DNA of 64,000 nucleotides from the human T2T-CHM13v2.0 reference genome, Homo sapiens: assembly GCF_009914755.1 (NCBI RefSeq), contig NC_060947.1; one strand, given 5' to 3'. Each line of letters opens with the position of its first letter. Positions within the stretch are counted from its first letter, which is position 1. A model generated the notes under the pieces. It was not told the origin of the DNA, did no database searches, and saw only the letters and a list, made by a program, of their open reading frames with translations. The position numbers were made by a program, and so were the translations under genes. Of this stretch, positions 1 through 19,599 are shown one piece after another.

Positions 1-218
1 AGCACAAACAACTAAAGAAAAAATAAATGGGGCTTTATTAAAATTTAATGTGTTTTCTGTTGCAAATGATACCATCAAGAAAGTGAAAAGACAGCTCACG
101 AGATGAAAGAAAATATTTGCAAATCATATATGAGATAAAGGATTTGTATACAGAATATATAAAGAATTCTTATAATTCAACGGAAAGCAAATAACTCAGT
201 TTTTAAAAGTGCACAAAG
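1..218 (+). mobile_element. Old L1M (L1MB-like) fragment, piece 1 of an element continuing at 4485-4927 and 14539-14945
   Basis: Decayed ORF2 C-terminal sequence collinear across two later insertions. Confidence 0.7.
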
Positions 219-518
219 TGAATTGGACCTAACAAACATATACAAAATATTCTATCCAAGAAAAATGCAGAATATACATTTTTGCAACTGCACATGGAAC
301 ATTCTCCAGAATAGACAATATATTAGAGCACAAAGTAAGTCTTCATACACTTAAAAAGATTAAAACCACACAGCATATATTTTTTAATCATGATGGAGTG
401 AAATTAGAAATCAATGGCAGAAAGTAAACTGGAAAATCTACTAATGCATGTAAATTAAACAAGACGCTCTTAACCAATGAGGCAAAGAAGAAATCACGAG
501 GGTAGTTAGAAAATGTAA

Positions 519-814
<296 letters not shown>

Positions 815-1435
815 AGAAAATATAATGAGACAAATGAAAATGAAACCACAACATACCAAAACGTACAGGATGTAGTGAAAGCAATGCTAAATGGGAAATT
901 AATAGCTGTAAATACTTACATTAGAGAAGAAACATCTCAAATCAAAAACCTAACTTTACATCTTAAAGAACTAGAAAAAGAAAAACTAAATCCAAAACTA
1001 GCAGAAAGAAAGAAATAATAAAGATTAGAGCAGAGATAAATAAAATACAGAACTAAAAAAATCATAGATGAAGTCAACAAAACTAAAAGTTGTTTCTTCA
1101 AAAAGATAACAAAATAGAAAAAGTTTTAGCTAGCTTGACTACAAGAAAAAGAGAGAAGACTCAACTAAAATCAGAAATAAAAGAGGAGACATTACTACCA
1201 ATCTTACAGAACTAAAAATATATGAGACTGCTATGAACAGGTGTTTGCTAACAAATTAGATAACCTGGATGAAATGGGCAAATTCCTAGAAAGACACAAT
1301 CTACCAAGACTGAATCATAGAAGTAGATTATATGAATAGACCTAAAGTGAGTAAGAAGATTGACTCAGTAATCAAAAACCTTCCAATAAAGAAAAGCTCA
1401 GGACCAGATGGCTACACTGGTGAATTCTACCAATC

Positions 1436-1557
1436 TTTTTTTTTTTTTTTGAGACAGGGTCTCGCTATGTTGCCCATGCTGGATGGAGTGCAGTGGTGCA
1501 GTTACGGCTCACTGCAGCCTTGTCCTTGTGGGCTCAAGTGATCTTCAGCCTCCCAAA
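1436..1557 (-). mobile_element. Truncated Alu/monomer fragment
   Basis: T-run then gagacagggtctcgct...cagcctcccaaa. Confidence 0.8.
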
Positions 1558-4500
1558 TATTTTCCAAACAATTAAAGAAGGATTAACAGCATTTGTTTTC
1601 AAGGTCTTCCAAAAAAATTGAAGAGGAGGGAACACTTCCAAACTCATTATATTATACCTGGATTACCCTGATACCAAATCCAGACAAAGACACTACAATA
1701 AAAGAAAGCTACAGACCAAAATCCCTTATGAATATTGATGCAAAAAATCCTTAACAAAATACTAGCATACTGAATTCAACAGCATATTAAAAGGATTATA
1801 TGCCATGGTCAAGTGAGATTTTTTCCTGGGATGCAAGGATAGTTCAGCATACAAAAATCATTAGTGTAATACACCATCACACTAACAGAATGAAGGAGAA
1901 ATCCCACATGATCACTTAATTAATGCAAAAAAAAGCATTTGACAAAATTCAACACTGTTTCATGATTAAAAAAACACACCACAAGCTAGGAATAGAAGCG
2001 AACTATCTACTTATTATAAAGGTCATATATGAAAAAACCCACAGCTAACAATGGTAAAAGTCTGAATGCTTTTCCTCTAAGACCAAGAAGAAGTTAAGGA
2101 TTCTTAATTTTACTACTTCCTTTCAACATAGTACTGGAATTCCTAGCCAGACCAATTAGGCAAGAAAAAGAAATAAAAGTCATCTTAATTGGAATGGAAG
2201 AAGTAAAATTATCTTTGTTCAGAGATGATATAATGCTATGTAGAAAACTCTACAAAGATACCATATATGCGGAAAATAGGTAGAACTAATAAACAAATTC
2301 AGCAAAGATTCAGGATAAAAAATCAACACACAGCAGTCAGTTTTGAATGTTTTGATGCATCAACAATGAACATTCCAAAAAGGAAATTAAGAAAATTAAA
2401 TTTACAGTTGCATCAAAAAGAATAAAATACTTAAGAATAAACCTAACCAAGAAGGTGGAAGACTTGTGCTCTGAAGACTACAAAATATTGCTAAAAGGAA
2501 TTAAAGAAGACAGAAATAAATGGAAGATTTAATACTGTTAAAATGTCCATACTACCCAAAGCAATACACAGATTCAATGCAACGCCTATCAAAACTCCAA
2601 TGGCATTTTTTTTTCCAGAAACGAAAAACTTAGTCTAATTCACAAGGAAATCTCAAGGGACCCCAACTAGCCAAAACAATTCTAAAAAAGAACCAGGTTG
2701 GAGGACTCATAATAATTTTTTATTAGAAAACATATTACAAAGTTATAGTAATCAAAGCGGTGTGGTGCTGACATAAAGACAGCAAATAGACCAATGTAAT
2801 AGATAGACCAGAGATAAAATCTCTGGTCTGTAGTTGAATGATCTTTGACAAGGGTGCTCAATGGGGAAAGGCGTTCAACAAATGCATGCTGGGTAAAATG
2901 AATGTCCATATGCAGAAGAATGGAGTTGAACCATTTTCTTACATCATATATAAAATTAATTCAAAAAAGAATGAAGACCTAAATGTAAGACCTAAAACTA
3001 TAAAACTCTTAGAAGAAAACATGGGACAACATGCCTCATGACATTAGATTTTTTTCAATGATTTCTTGGATATGACACCGAAATCACAGGCAACAAAAGA
3101 AAAAATAGATTAATTGGACAACATCAAAATGTTAAGCTTTTGTGCATCCAAGAACACTACTAATAGAGTGAAAAGGCAACTCATGGGATGGAAGAAAATA
3201 TTTGTAAATTGTATATCTGGTAAAAGATTAATTTCCAGAATTTTAAAAAGAACTCCTACAAGTCAATAACAAAAGCCATCAAACAACCCAATTCAGAAAT
3301 AAGCAAATGACTTGAATAGACCTTTCTTCAAAGATGATATACAAATGGCAAATTAGTACATGAAAAGATGGTCAACATCACTAATCATTAGGGAAATGCA
3401 GTCAATTCTACAGTGAGATAACACTTCATACCCATTAAGAAGGCTATTATATAAAAAACAGTAAATAACAAGTGTTGGTGAGGATGTGGAGAAGTTGGAA
3501 CTCTCCTGTATTGCTAGTAGGAATGTAAAATTGTGCAGCCACTATGGAAAACATTATGGCAGTTCTTCAAAAGTAAACACAGAATTATCATATGATCTAG
3601 CAATTTCACTTCTGGAGACACATCTAACATAATTGAAAACAAAAATGGGACCTCAAAGAGATGTTTTTGTAGCCATGCTTCTAGCAACATTATTCACAAG
3701 TCACAAGGTGGAAGCATCCCAAATGTCCATTGATAGAGGAATGTGTAATAAAATGTGGTATGCACACACAATAGATATTTTTTGACCTTAAAATGGAATA
3801 ATATTCTGATACATACTACAATATGGATTAACTTTGAAGCCGTTATGCTAAGTGAAATAAGCCAGTTATAAAAAGACAAATATTACATGACCCCAGTTAC
3901 ATAAGGTACCTAGAACAGTCAATTTCATAGAGACAGAAGGTAGAATGGTAATTGCTCAGGGTTGGGGGAGGGGAAAATAAGGAGATATTGGCCAAAGGGT
4001 ACAAACATTTAGTTAGTTATAAGATGAATAAACTCTAGGGATCAAATGTACAGCATGGGCACTATAGTTTAAAATATTGTGTTGTATACTTGAAATTTGT
4101 TGAGAGTAGATCTTAATTGCTTTCACCACACACTGAAAAAAAAATTGTAACTCGGTGAAGTGCTAGATGTGTTAACTAATTTCATTGTGGATATGAGTAT
4201 AAGGTTTCCGTTTGGGTTGATAAAAAAAATTCTGGAGATATATGGTGGTGATGGTTGCAAAAAGTGTGAATGTTGTTTATGCCACAGGACTATACCCTTA
4301 AAAATAATTAAAATGGTAAGATTTATGTTTTGTATATTTTGATACTCTAAAAAGCCACATAAAATGAAAATATTAATTAGCTTGATTTAATCATTTCACA
4401 ATGTATACATGTATCATAACATCACATCATACTCTATAAATGTATATAGTTTTTATCAGTTAAAAATAAAATATTTTTAAGTGAAAAAATGAACAAAGGA

Positions 4501-7500
4501 ATTGAATAGCTATTTCTCTAAGAAAGATGTACAAATGGCCAGTATGTACATGAAAAGGTGTTTAACCTCATTAGTCATTATGAAAATGCAAATCAAAACC
4601 ACATTGAGATACCACTTCACACTTACTTGAGTAGGCATAATAAAGAGAGAAAATAACAAATGTTGGCAAGGATGTGAAGAAATTAGAACCCTTTTGCATT
4701 GCCAGTGGGAATGTAAAATGATGCAGCTGCTGTGAAAAAATATTTGACAGTGCCTCAAAAAGTTAAATAAAGAGTTATCATATGGCTCAGCAATTCCACT
4801 CCTAGGTATTTTCCCAAGAGAAATGAAGCTGTATTTCTGCACAGAAACTTGTACTTGAATACTCACAGCAGCCAAAAGTGAAGAAAACCCAAATCACAAG
4901 AATGGCTAAACAAAATGTGCTATCCCAGAGAAAATTGAGGAGAGTGAGGATCATCATGGTGGACGGGAGACAGGACTGGATTACAGCTCCAACTCGGACA
5001 GACAGAGCAGCATACAGAGGTACGCATTGTGAATTTAGTTCCAGATCAACTGCAACAACAAACCAGTAATCACAAGAGGATGCACAGACCCTCTGAAGGA
5101 AGTGGACTTCTCTTGCAGGACCCAGGAGACACCCCAAATACTGTGAGTGCCCCAAATATAGAAGTGGAAAGTGGAGATCCTTCTCTCCCAAATACACACC
5201 GCCACTGGAGAAACTGGAGGTCTGTTTGTGGGAGAAGTTTCTGACCTTACCTGGAGCTGAGTCCATTTAGAGAGCCAAGTGAAATACAGGGGTAGAGGAA
5301 GCAGCAGGAAAGGCCCTGGGGGCTTGCTGGGTCACCAAGCAGGCCATTCCTGCCTGGCACCACAGGGATCCATCGGGAGGGCAGCCAGAGGAGTGGAGGA
5401 AAGCACCACAGGGAGAAGGAAGCCTCCAGCTGAACTTTGTAACAATTTGAACCAGGCGAGAAGCCTCCTGGCCAGAACTCGGGGGAGGGCATGAATCCAG
5501 TGTGCAGACTCCACAGATGGGGGAAGAACCAAGCCCTTTTCTTTTGCAGCTTGGTGGCAGGTAGCCTGCGGCAAGTTCTCAAGCCCTGCTCACCCACCAC
5601 CTGGAAACAGACTTGGGGCTGTTAATAGGGGCACAGTGGGAGTAAGATCGGCCCTTTGATTTGTGTGGGAGTTGGGTGAGGCCTGTGACTGCTGGTTTTC
5701 CCCCACTTCTCTGACAATCTGCATGACTCAGCAGAGGCACCCATAATCCTCCTAGGTACACAACCCCATTGATCTGGGAACCTCACCTCCATCCCCCACA
5801 GCAGCCACAATAAGACCTGCCCAAGGAGGGTCTGAGCTCAGAGGTCCCTAGCCCTGCCCCCACCTGATGAGCCTTTCCTATCCACCCTAGTAGCTGAAAA
5901 CAAAGGGCATATAATCTTGAGATTTCTAGGGCCCCACCTACCACTGGTTCCTCTCCATACTACCACAGCTGATGCTTTCTGGAAAGTGCCACCTCCTGGC
6001 AGGAAGCCAACCAGCCCCAAAATAGAGCATTAAACCACCAAAGATAAGAACCCTCACAGAGTACATTTCACCCCCTGCCACCTCCACTGGAAGAGGTGCT
6101 CGTACCCATGGCTGAGAGACCATAGACAGTTCACATCACAGGACTTTGTGCAGACAATTCTCAGTAGCAGCTGAGAGCTGGGTAGACTTTCTGGGTGGCT
6201 AAACCAAGAAGAGAGACAATAATCACTGCAGTGCCCCTCACAGGAAGCCACATCCATAGGAAAAGGGGGAGAGTACTACATCAAGGGAACATCCCATGGG
6301 ACAAAGGGATCAGAAAAACAGACTTCAGCCCTAGACCTACCCTGTGACAAAGCCTACCCAAATGAGAAGGAACCAGAAAACCAACTCTGGTAATATGAAA
6401 AAACAAGGCTCTTTAACACTCCCCCTCTCCAAAAAAAAAAAAAAAAAAAAAGTCACACTAGTTCACCAGCAATGGATCCAAACCAAGAAGAAATCCCTGA
6501 TTTACCTGAAAAAGAATTCAGGAGGTTACTTATTAAGCTAATCAAGGAGGCACCAGAGAAAGGTGAAGCCCAATGTAAGGAAATCCAAAATATGATACAA
6601 CAATTGGATGGAGAAATATTAAAGGAAATAGATAGCATAAATAAAAACAATCAAAACTTCAGGAAACAATGAACACACTTATAGAAATGCAAAATGCTCT
6701 GGAAAGTCTCAGCAATAGAATTGAACAAGTAGAAGAAAGAAATTCAGAGCTCAAAGAATAAGAAAATATAAACAAAGCCTCCAAGAAGTCTAAGATTATG
6801 TTAAACAACCAAACCTAAGAATAATCGGTGTTTCTGAGGAAGAAGAGAAATCTAAAAGTTTGGAAAACATATTTGGGGAATAATTAAGGAAAACTTCCCC
6901 AGCCTTGCTAGAGACCTAGACATCCAAATACAAGAAGCACAAAGAACACCTGGGAAATTCATCACAAATCGATCATTGCCTAGGGACATCGTCATCAGGT
7001 TATCTAAAGATAAGATGAAGGAAAGAATCTTAAGAGCTGTGAGGCAAAAGCACCAGGTAACCTATAAAGGAAAACCTGTCAGATCAACAGCAGAATTCTC
7101 AGCAGAAACCCTACAAGCTTGAAGGGATTGGGGCCCTATCTTCAGCCTCCTCAAACAAAACAATTATCAGCCAAGAATTTTGTATCCAGTGAAACTAAGC
7201 ATCATATATTAAGGAAAGATACAGTTGTTTTCGCACAAACAAATGCTGAGAGAATTCGCCACTACCAAGCCACCACAACAAGAACTGAGGAAAGGAGCTC
7301 TAAAACTTGAAACAAATCCTGGAAACACATAAAAACAGAACCTCTTTAAAGCATAAATCACATAGGACCTACAAAACAAAACTACAAGTTAAAAGGCAAA
7401 AATAAAAACCCCAAAATACCAAGGTACGCAGGCAACAAATAGCATGATGAATGCAATGGTACCTCACATCTGAATGCTAACATTGAGTGTAAATGGCCTA

Positions 7501-8199
7501 AATGCTCCACTTAAAAGATATAGAACTACAGAATGGATAAGAACTCACCAACCAATGATCTGCTGCCTTCAGGAGACTCACCTAACACATAAGGACTCAC
7601 ATAAACTTAAAGGAGTGGAAAAAAGCCTTTCATGCAAATAGACACCAAAAGCGAGCAAGAGTAGCTATTGTTCTATCAGACAAAATAAACTTTAAAGCAA
7701 CAACAGTTAAAAGAGACAAAGAGGGACATTCTATAATGCTAAAGGGCCTTGTCCAACAGGAAAATATCACAATCCTAAATATATATGCACCTAACACTGG
7801 AGTTCCCAAATTTATAAAACAATTACTAATAGACCTAAGAAATGAGATAGACAGCAACACAATAATACTGAGGAACTTCAATCCTCTACTGACAGCACTA
7901 GACAGGTCATCAAAACAGAAAGTCAACAAAGAAACAATAGATTTAAACTATACCTTGGAACAAATGGACTTAACAGATATATACAGAACATTCCATCCAA
8001 CAACCACAGAATACACATTCTATTCAAAAGCCCACGAACTTTCTCCAAGATAGACCATATGATAGGCCATAAAAGAAGCCTCAATAAATTTAAGAACATT
8101 GAAATCATGTCAAGCACTCTCAGACCACAGTGGAATAAAACTGGAAATCAAATCCAAAAGGAATCTGCAAATACATGGAATTTAAACAACTTCCTCTCG

Positions 8200-8624
<425 letters not shown>

Positions 8625-9093
8625 CTATCAAAGCCTTTGGGATACAGCAAAGGTGGTGCAAAGAGGAAAGTTCTTAGCCCTAAATGCCTACATCAAAAAG
8701 ACGAAAAGAGCACAAACTGACATTCCAAGGTCACACCTCAAGGAACTAGAGAATCAAGAACAAATCAAACCCAAACCCAGCAGAAGAAAGGAAGTCACCA
8801 AGATCAGGGCAGAACTAAATGAAATTGAAACAAAAAAGAATTGCAAAAGATAAATGAAACAAATAGCTGCTTCTTCAAAAACATAAATAAAATTGGTAGA
8901 CCATTACCAAGATTAAGAAAAGAAGAGAGAAAATCCAAAGAACATCATTAAGAAATGACACAGGAGATATTACAACTGACACCACTGAAATAAAAAAGAT
9001 TATTCAAGGCTACTATGAACACCTTTATGTACATAAACTAGAAAACCTAGAAGAGATGGCTAAATTCCTGGAAAAATAAAACCCTCCCATCTT

Positions 9094-11841
<2,748 letters not shown>

Positions 11842-14800
11842 TTAAAAAATTACCAACAAAAAAAAGTCTAGGACCAGATGAATTCACAACAGAATTCTGC
11901 CAGACATTCAAAGAAGAATTGGCACCAGTACTTTTGACACTATTCCACAAGACAGAGAAAGAAGGAGCCCTCCCTAATTCATTTTAGGAGGCCAGCATCA
12001 GCCTAATACCGAGACCAAAAAAGAAAACTGCAGACTGATATCCTTGATTAACATCGATGCTAAGATCCTTGACAAAATACCAGTTAACTGAATCCAACAG
12101 CGTATCAAAAAGATAATCCACCATGATCAGGTGGGTTTCATACCAAGGATGCAGTGATGGTTTAACATAGGTAAGTCAACAAATGTGATACACCACATAA
12201 ACAGAATTAAAAACAAAAGTCACACGATCATTTCTATAGATGCAGAAAAAAAACATTCAACAAAATCCAGCATCACTTTACAATTAAAACTCTCAGCGAA
12301 GTCAGCATACAAGGGACATACCTCAATGTAATAAAAGCTATCTATGACAAACCCACAGCCAACATAGTACTGAATGGGGAAAAGTTGAAAGCTTTCCCTC
12401 TGAGAACTGGAACAAGACAAGGATGCCCACTCTCACCACTCCTCTTCAACATAGTACTGGAAGTCCTAGCTAGAACAATCAGACAAGAGAAAGAAAAAAA
12501 GAACATCCAAATCGGTAAAGAGGAAGTCAAACTGTCACTGTTTGCTGACAATATGATCGTTTACCTCAAAAACCCTAAATACTCCTCCAGAAAGCTGCTA
12601 GAACTGATAAAAGAATTCAACAAAGTTTCTGGATACAAGATTAATGTACACAAATCAGTAGCTCTTCTTTACACCAACAGTGACCAAGCAGAGAATCAAA
12701 TCAAGAACTCAACCCCTTTTACAATAGCTGCAAAAAATAAAATAAAATAAAATAAAATACTTGGGAATAGACCTAACCAAGGAGACGAAAGACCTCTCTA
12801 CAAGGAAGACTACAAAACACTGCTGAAAGAAATCATAGACGACACAAACAAATGGAAACACATCCCATGCTCATGGATGGGTAGAATCAATATTGTGAAA
12901 ATGACCATACTGCCAAAAGCAGTCTACAAATTTGACACAATCCCCATCAACATACCACCGTCATTCTTCACAGAATTAGAAAAGACAATTCTAAACTTCA
13001 TTTGGAACCAAAAAAGTGCCTGCATAGCCAAAGCAAGACTAAACAAAAAGAACAAATCTGGAGGCATCACACTACCTGAGTTCAAACTATACTGTTAAGG
13101 CCATAGTCACCAAAACAGCATGGTACTGGTATAAAAATAGGCACATAGACCGATGGAACAGAATAGATAACCCAGAAATGAACCCAAATGCTTACAGCCA
13201 ACGGATCTTAGATAAAGCAAACAAAAACATAAAATGGGGAAATGACACCCTTTTCAACAAATGGTGCTCAGTTAATTGGCTAGTCACATGTAGGAGAATG
13301 AAACTGGATTCTCATCTCTCACCTTATACAAAAATCAACTCAAGACGGATTAAGGACTTAAATCTAATACCTGAAACTATAAAAAATCTAGAAGATATCA
13401 TTGGAAAAATCCTTCCAGACATTGGCTTAGGCAGAGATTTTATGACCAAGAGCCCAAACACAAATGCAATAAAAACAAGATAAATAATTGGGACTTAATT
13501 AAACTAACGAGCTTTTGCACAGCAAAAGGAGCAGTCAGCAGAGTAAACAGACAATCCACAGACTGGGAGAAAATCTTCACAATCTGTACATCTGACGAAG
13601 GACGAATATCCAGACTCTACAACGAACTCAAACAAATCAGTAAGAAAAAAAAACAAAAAACAAAGAAACAATCCCATCTAAAAGTAGGCTAAGGACATGA
13701 ATAGACAATTCTCAAAAGAAGATATACAAATGGCCAAAAAACATATGAAAAAAAATGCTCAACATCACTAATGATCAGGGAACTGCAAATCAAAACCGCA
13801 ATGCAATACCACTTTACTCCTGCAATAATGGCCATAATCAAAAGATCAAAAAATAGGAGATCTTGGTGTGGATGCGGTGATCAGGGAACACTTCTACACT
13901 GCTGGTGGGAATGTAAACTAGTACAGCTACTCTCGAAAAGAGTGTGGAGATTCCTTAAAGAACTAAAAGTAGAACTACCATTTGATCCAGCAATCCCACT
14001 ACTGGGTATCTACTCAGAGGAAAATAAGTCATTATACAAAAAAAAGATAATTGCACACGCATGTTTATAGCAACACAATTTGCAGTTGCAAAATTATGGA
14101 ACCAACCCAAATGCCCATCAATCAAAGAACTGATAAGCTGTGGTATATATACATATATACAATGGAATTCTACTCGGCCATTAAAAGGAATAAATTAATG
14201 GCATTTGCAGCGACCCGGATGACATTGGAGACTATTATTCTAAGTGAAGTAACTCAGGAATGGAAAACCGAACATTGTATGCTCTCCCTGATATGTGGGA
14301 GCTAAGCTATGAGGACGCAAAGGCATAAGAATGATACAAGGGACTTTGGGGACTTGTGGGGAAGGGTGGGAGTGGGGCAAGGGATAAAAGACTGCAAATA
14401 CGGCACAGTGTATACTGCTTGGGTGATGGGTGCACCAAAATCTCACAAATCACCACTAAAGAACTTACTCATGTAACCAACTACCACCTGTACCCCAATA
14501 ACTTATGGAAAAATTAAAAAAAACAAGCAAACAAAAACCAAAGTGTGCTATCCCATACACTGGAATATCATTTGACAATTTTAAAAAATGATGTACTGAT
14601 ACATGGTGTAAAATGGATGAACCTTGAAAACATTATGCTAAGTGAAATAAGCAAGGCACAAAATAGCCACATATCATATGATTTCATTTATATGAAATGT
14701 CCAGAATAGGCAAATCTGTACAAAGAGAAGGCAGATTAGGTTTTGCTACGGCTTGGAGGGAGTGAGAATGAGAAATGACTGCTAATGTGTACAGTTTCTT

Positions 14801-15524
14801 TTAGGGGGAAATGGAAAATTTTCTAAAATTAGATTGTGATGATGGTTGTACAATCCTATGAAGATACTGAAAACATTGAATTGTACACTTTAAGTGGATG
14901 AATTGTACGGTATATAAATTATATCTCAATAAAGTTATTTTAAAACAATGCACATTATAGAAAATCTACAAAGTTTCTGCTAATAACATGTAATGTTTTT
15001 AGTTGTCTTTAAATTACTATCTTTATTTTAGGATGTTTTTAGTTCTAGAATCCTGAGATTTGATGAACAAATGGGTGTGATTTTCCCCACAATTAACTTT
15101 GGGCACATTTTAAGTAATTGTATGTGCTGTGATTACTAGAACTACACATGCTGTGCTAGTATGGAATAGCATGATTTATGAATCATATTTTTTCTTTAAT
15201 ATTTCTTTAGTATTTTGAGCCACCTGTAGGCTCATTGAGCTGATGTTTGGAGCAATTTGCTATTATGCCTATCTTGCATGGTAAAGGGTAGTATAGAGCT
15301 CATTATCTTTTAAGTTTAGTTCATATTCTTTTTCTCTAAGTTCATCATTACCTTAGACATACTACTATTGAATTTCATGTGGCAGCTTTGGCCTGCTCAG
15401 GCAGCCTTGAGCCATTATTTATCAGTTTGTTACTGTTAGCTTAACATTTCACTACTGGGAAGAGCTAAATAACATGCAAATTTGAAGGTCTTATTGTATA
15501 ATTCCTTTTCTAGATAATTAAAAT

Positions 15525-15845
15525 GTTAATGGTTGCTCAATGGATATAAAGCTTCAGTTATGCAAGATGAGTAAGTTTTACAGATCTGTTATACAATATG
15601 GTGCCTACAGTTGACAGTACAGTATTGTTCACCTTAAAATATGTTAAGAGGATAGATTTCATGTTAAGTGCTCTTACCACAACCCCCCGACACAAGAACA
15701 TGAAGAAATTTTTGGAGGTGATGGATATGTGTAGTACTTTGATTGTGCTTATGGTATCATGGGTATATGCATATATCCAAACTCATAAGTATGTATGCAT
15801 TATGTGCAGTTTTATATATAAATTAATAAAGCTTTAAAAAAGTAT
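15525..15845 (+). mobile_element. L1MA/MB 3'UTR fragment
   Basis: gcttcagttatgcaagatgagtaagtt...ttttggaggtgatggatatg...aataaagc. Confidence 0.7.
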
Positions 15846-16860
15846 CTCTGCATGCACTTTTAAATTTCCCTCTGTTAATATTCTGGGTCTAAAATAGAAC
15901 CTATTTATGGTTTTGTTCATGGTCTTTAATCTCCAAATACAGATAAGGTTGTAAAAACATTAACAATTATGTGGGAACCACAACTTCCAACTGATGGTCT
16001 ACTCTTGTAATATTCTTCTTGCATAAAGCAAGATATGATGTTTACTCTTTCTCCTCAAATATTTTCCTTTTGTTGTCTTTGTTTCCCCCAGTGGCAATGC
16101 TTCTCTAGTTTTACAGTGGAATGCAAGAACAAAAGTGATTAGCTTTTTTACCAATAGATGTCTTCTGTTCTGTAAAATGGGGCAAGCCTGTAAGTTTATT
16201 CTGAATTTTGGGTTATAGTATGGAATGGAGGAGAAGATGCTATTACTAGGACATAGTAGAGATTGGCTATGATCCAAATACCATTACATTACAATTTGAA
16301 TCTTAACAACAAAGAAGATATCAAATTGACTCCTTTTTCTACGTGATACAACACAGTGACCTTGAAAGCAGTTCTAATTTCAGGCTTGTCTTTCAGTGTT
16401 ACTATAGTCATTAGATAGTTTCACAATGGTAAATGTGACTTATTAGGTATGAGATATTTCATTTTCAGAATTATATCAAAGCTTGACATTAGAACAGATG
16501 TAGATATTTGCAGCTGTGTGTCCGAGTCATTCAAATCGCTTCTACCTAGAAGTGCAAATAGATTTGAATTTTCCTTTCTCAGAGTGATTTGTGTCCAGTT
16601 TGTAGATTTTCTGAGCACTGTCTTCTTTATCTCTTCTTGCTTTCCTTTTTTGAAATTCATTGTTTTCAATGAGTTTGTGTGTGAATAATAAAAGGCTAGA
16701 TAAAGCTTAAGCTAGCAAATTTCAGTGTTTTTTTCAGAAGCCCTAATAAAATATTTACTTTATTTTTAAAAGGTACTTGGTTTGAAGGAGTAGGGCCATA
16801 AGAGTGATTACAGAAACGGTATTGAGGGCAAGTGCTGGCTGAACTTAGAGACTGGGCTTA

Positions 16861-17214
16861 CAGTAGTCCCCCCTTACCAAGGGGGATACATTCCAAGACC
16901 CCCCGTTGGATGCCTGAACCTGTGGATAATACCTAACCTTTTATATACTGTGTGGTTTTTTTTTTCCATCTGGTAACAGAGACAGCTACTAAGTGACTCA
17001 TAGACAGGTAGTGTTTATAGCATGGATATGCTGGGGAAAGGAGTAGTTCAGGTTTCGAGAGGGATGGAATGGGACAACATGACATTTTATCATGCTACAC
17101 AAAATGGCGTGCAATTAAAAACATAAATTATTTATTTCTGGAATTTTCAATATTTTCAGAACACAGGTGACTGAAACCATGGATAGCAAAACCATGGATA
17201 AGGAAGAATTTCTG
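16861..17214. mobile_element. MER44-like (Tigger family) non-autonomous DNA transposon
   Basis: TA|cagtagtccccccttacc ... ggataaggaagaatttctg|TA; degenerate TIRs with TA TSD. Confidence 0.8.
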
Positions 17215-18029
17215 TACTTTTAGAATTTAATGTCCTTTAGTATCATAAATAATCCAGAGTTTGCCTTCTGCCTTTCAGATTTACCACTAGCAGAATAGTG
17301 GAATTTTTTTCTTGTTTTTTATTTTGGTATATACATTTAATTTTTTCATGAATAACAAAAAGAATCATGATAGTTTATTCAAAGGTTTCCCATGTAAACA
17401 CCTAAGATGGGACCAATTCAATCCAAAATTTAATTGTATACCTATTATGTGCCTCAAAATGAACTAGATATTTGATTTACAAGGTTCAGAAAAAATGTAT
17501 ATATTCCCAGCCCAAGATTCTTAATTTTTTTAAATAATAGGATGTAAGGAAAAAGAGACTTTAGTTTAAAGAGCTATTACCATAATGCAGAAACATGAGT
17601 CAAAAATAGATCTTACTCACCTGCAAGTGTATGTACTAAGTGAGGAAGGAAGTATTCAGTAGGTGATGTTGAACACTAGCACCTTATTGTAAAGGTCCTG
17701 ATCTTCATGCGCAGAGCAGCAAGCCCTGCAGTAGAGATTTAGTGTTAAGGTATATGTTGCCATTGTTATTGGGAAAAACTTGTTTTAATTGTGAAAGTGG
17801 GTATGAATTCTTCTAAGGCTCTATTGGAAAAAACCTTAATGCAAATATTCATTGAGCAAAAACGGTTATACATATGTGAATTATCTCTTACCCAAAATAA
17901 ACTTTCAATGTAATTAAGGAGTTAAGACTGCATATATGAAGCCATTGTAGACATGACAGAGTAAGAACCTACCCTAACCTCTTGGGGTAAACTCTCTTTG
18001 CCCAGGAATGCTTCATGGAAGAAGTAGGA

Positions 18030-18317
18030 TTTTTCTTTTCTTGTTAAGAGGCAGGGCTCCCTCTGTCATCCAGGCTGGCCTGTAGTGGCATGATCACGGC
18101 TCAATATAGCCTTGACCTCATAGGCTGAAGCCATCCTCCCACCTCAGCCTCCTGAGTAGCTGGGACTACAGGCATGCACCACTACGCCCAGCTGATCTTT
18201 TTTATTTTTTGTAGAGACAGAGTCTCCCTTTGTTGCCCAGGCTGGTCTTAAACTCCTGGGCTCAAGCAATCCTCCAGCCTTGGCTTCCCAAAGTGCTACA
18301 GCCACAACACTCAGCCA
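18030..18317 (-). mobile_element. AluJ-like
   Basis: Antisense Alu; TSD agaagt(a/g)ggatttt. Confidence 0.9.
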
Positions 18318-18444
18318 GAAGTGGGATTTTAGATGCCCACTGAAGAATTGATAGACTTCCTTATGTTACAGTGAAAATCACCTTTTTCAGTAGAACGTAC
18401 TATAGCTTTTGGTTGACATGTGTACTGGAAGCAATGAATTGCAT

Positions 18445-19156
<712 letters not shown>

Positions 19157-19599
19157 TAGCAACATAATCTCAAACTATCTCTTTACCTTTTCTTTGCCCA
19201 AATTTATTTCTGTATAAAATGAGAATGAATATTACTGACTCAGCAGGACAATATCCTGTGGACAGAGAGACTGTTTGGTGGAGCATTTTTCAATCTTTGA
19301 CTGCTAGCCACAAATCACTTAAGAAGCCTTGCTATTTTTGTAGGTAATAATATATACTTCCAAGCCTCTGCCTGCAGCTGATTATCTTAGAAAGGTATGC
19401 CCAGGCACACCGCTGGTAGCGGTTGGTAGAACAATCATACAGTTCCTTCAAATGGCAAGGATTGAGCCATTCAAGTAAGAGATTAGCACTATAGTCAATT
19501 ATGTAGCCTGAACTAGATTATTATAGTACCTACTTGTTTAGGGTTGAATTTATTTTTTGCTTGTTTTGAATTACACAGTGGCATGGATGAATGAACCTT

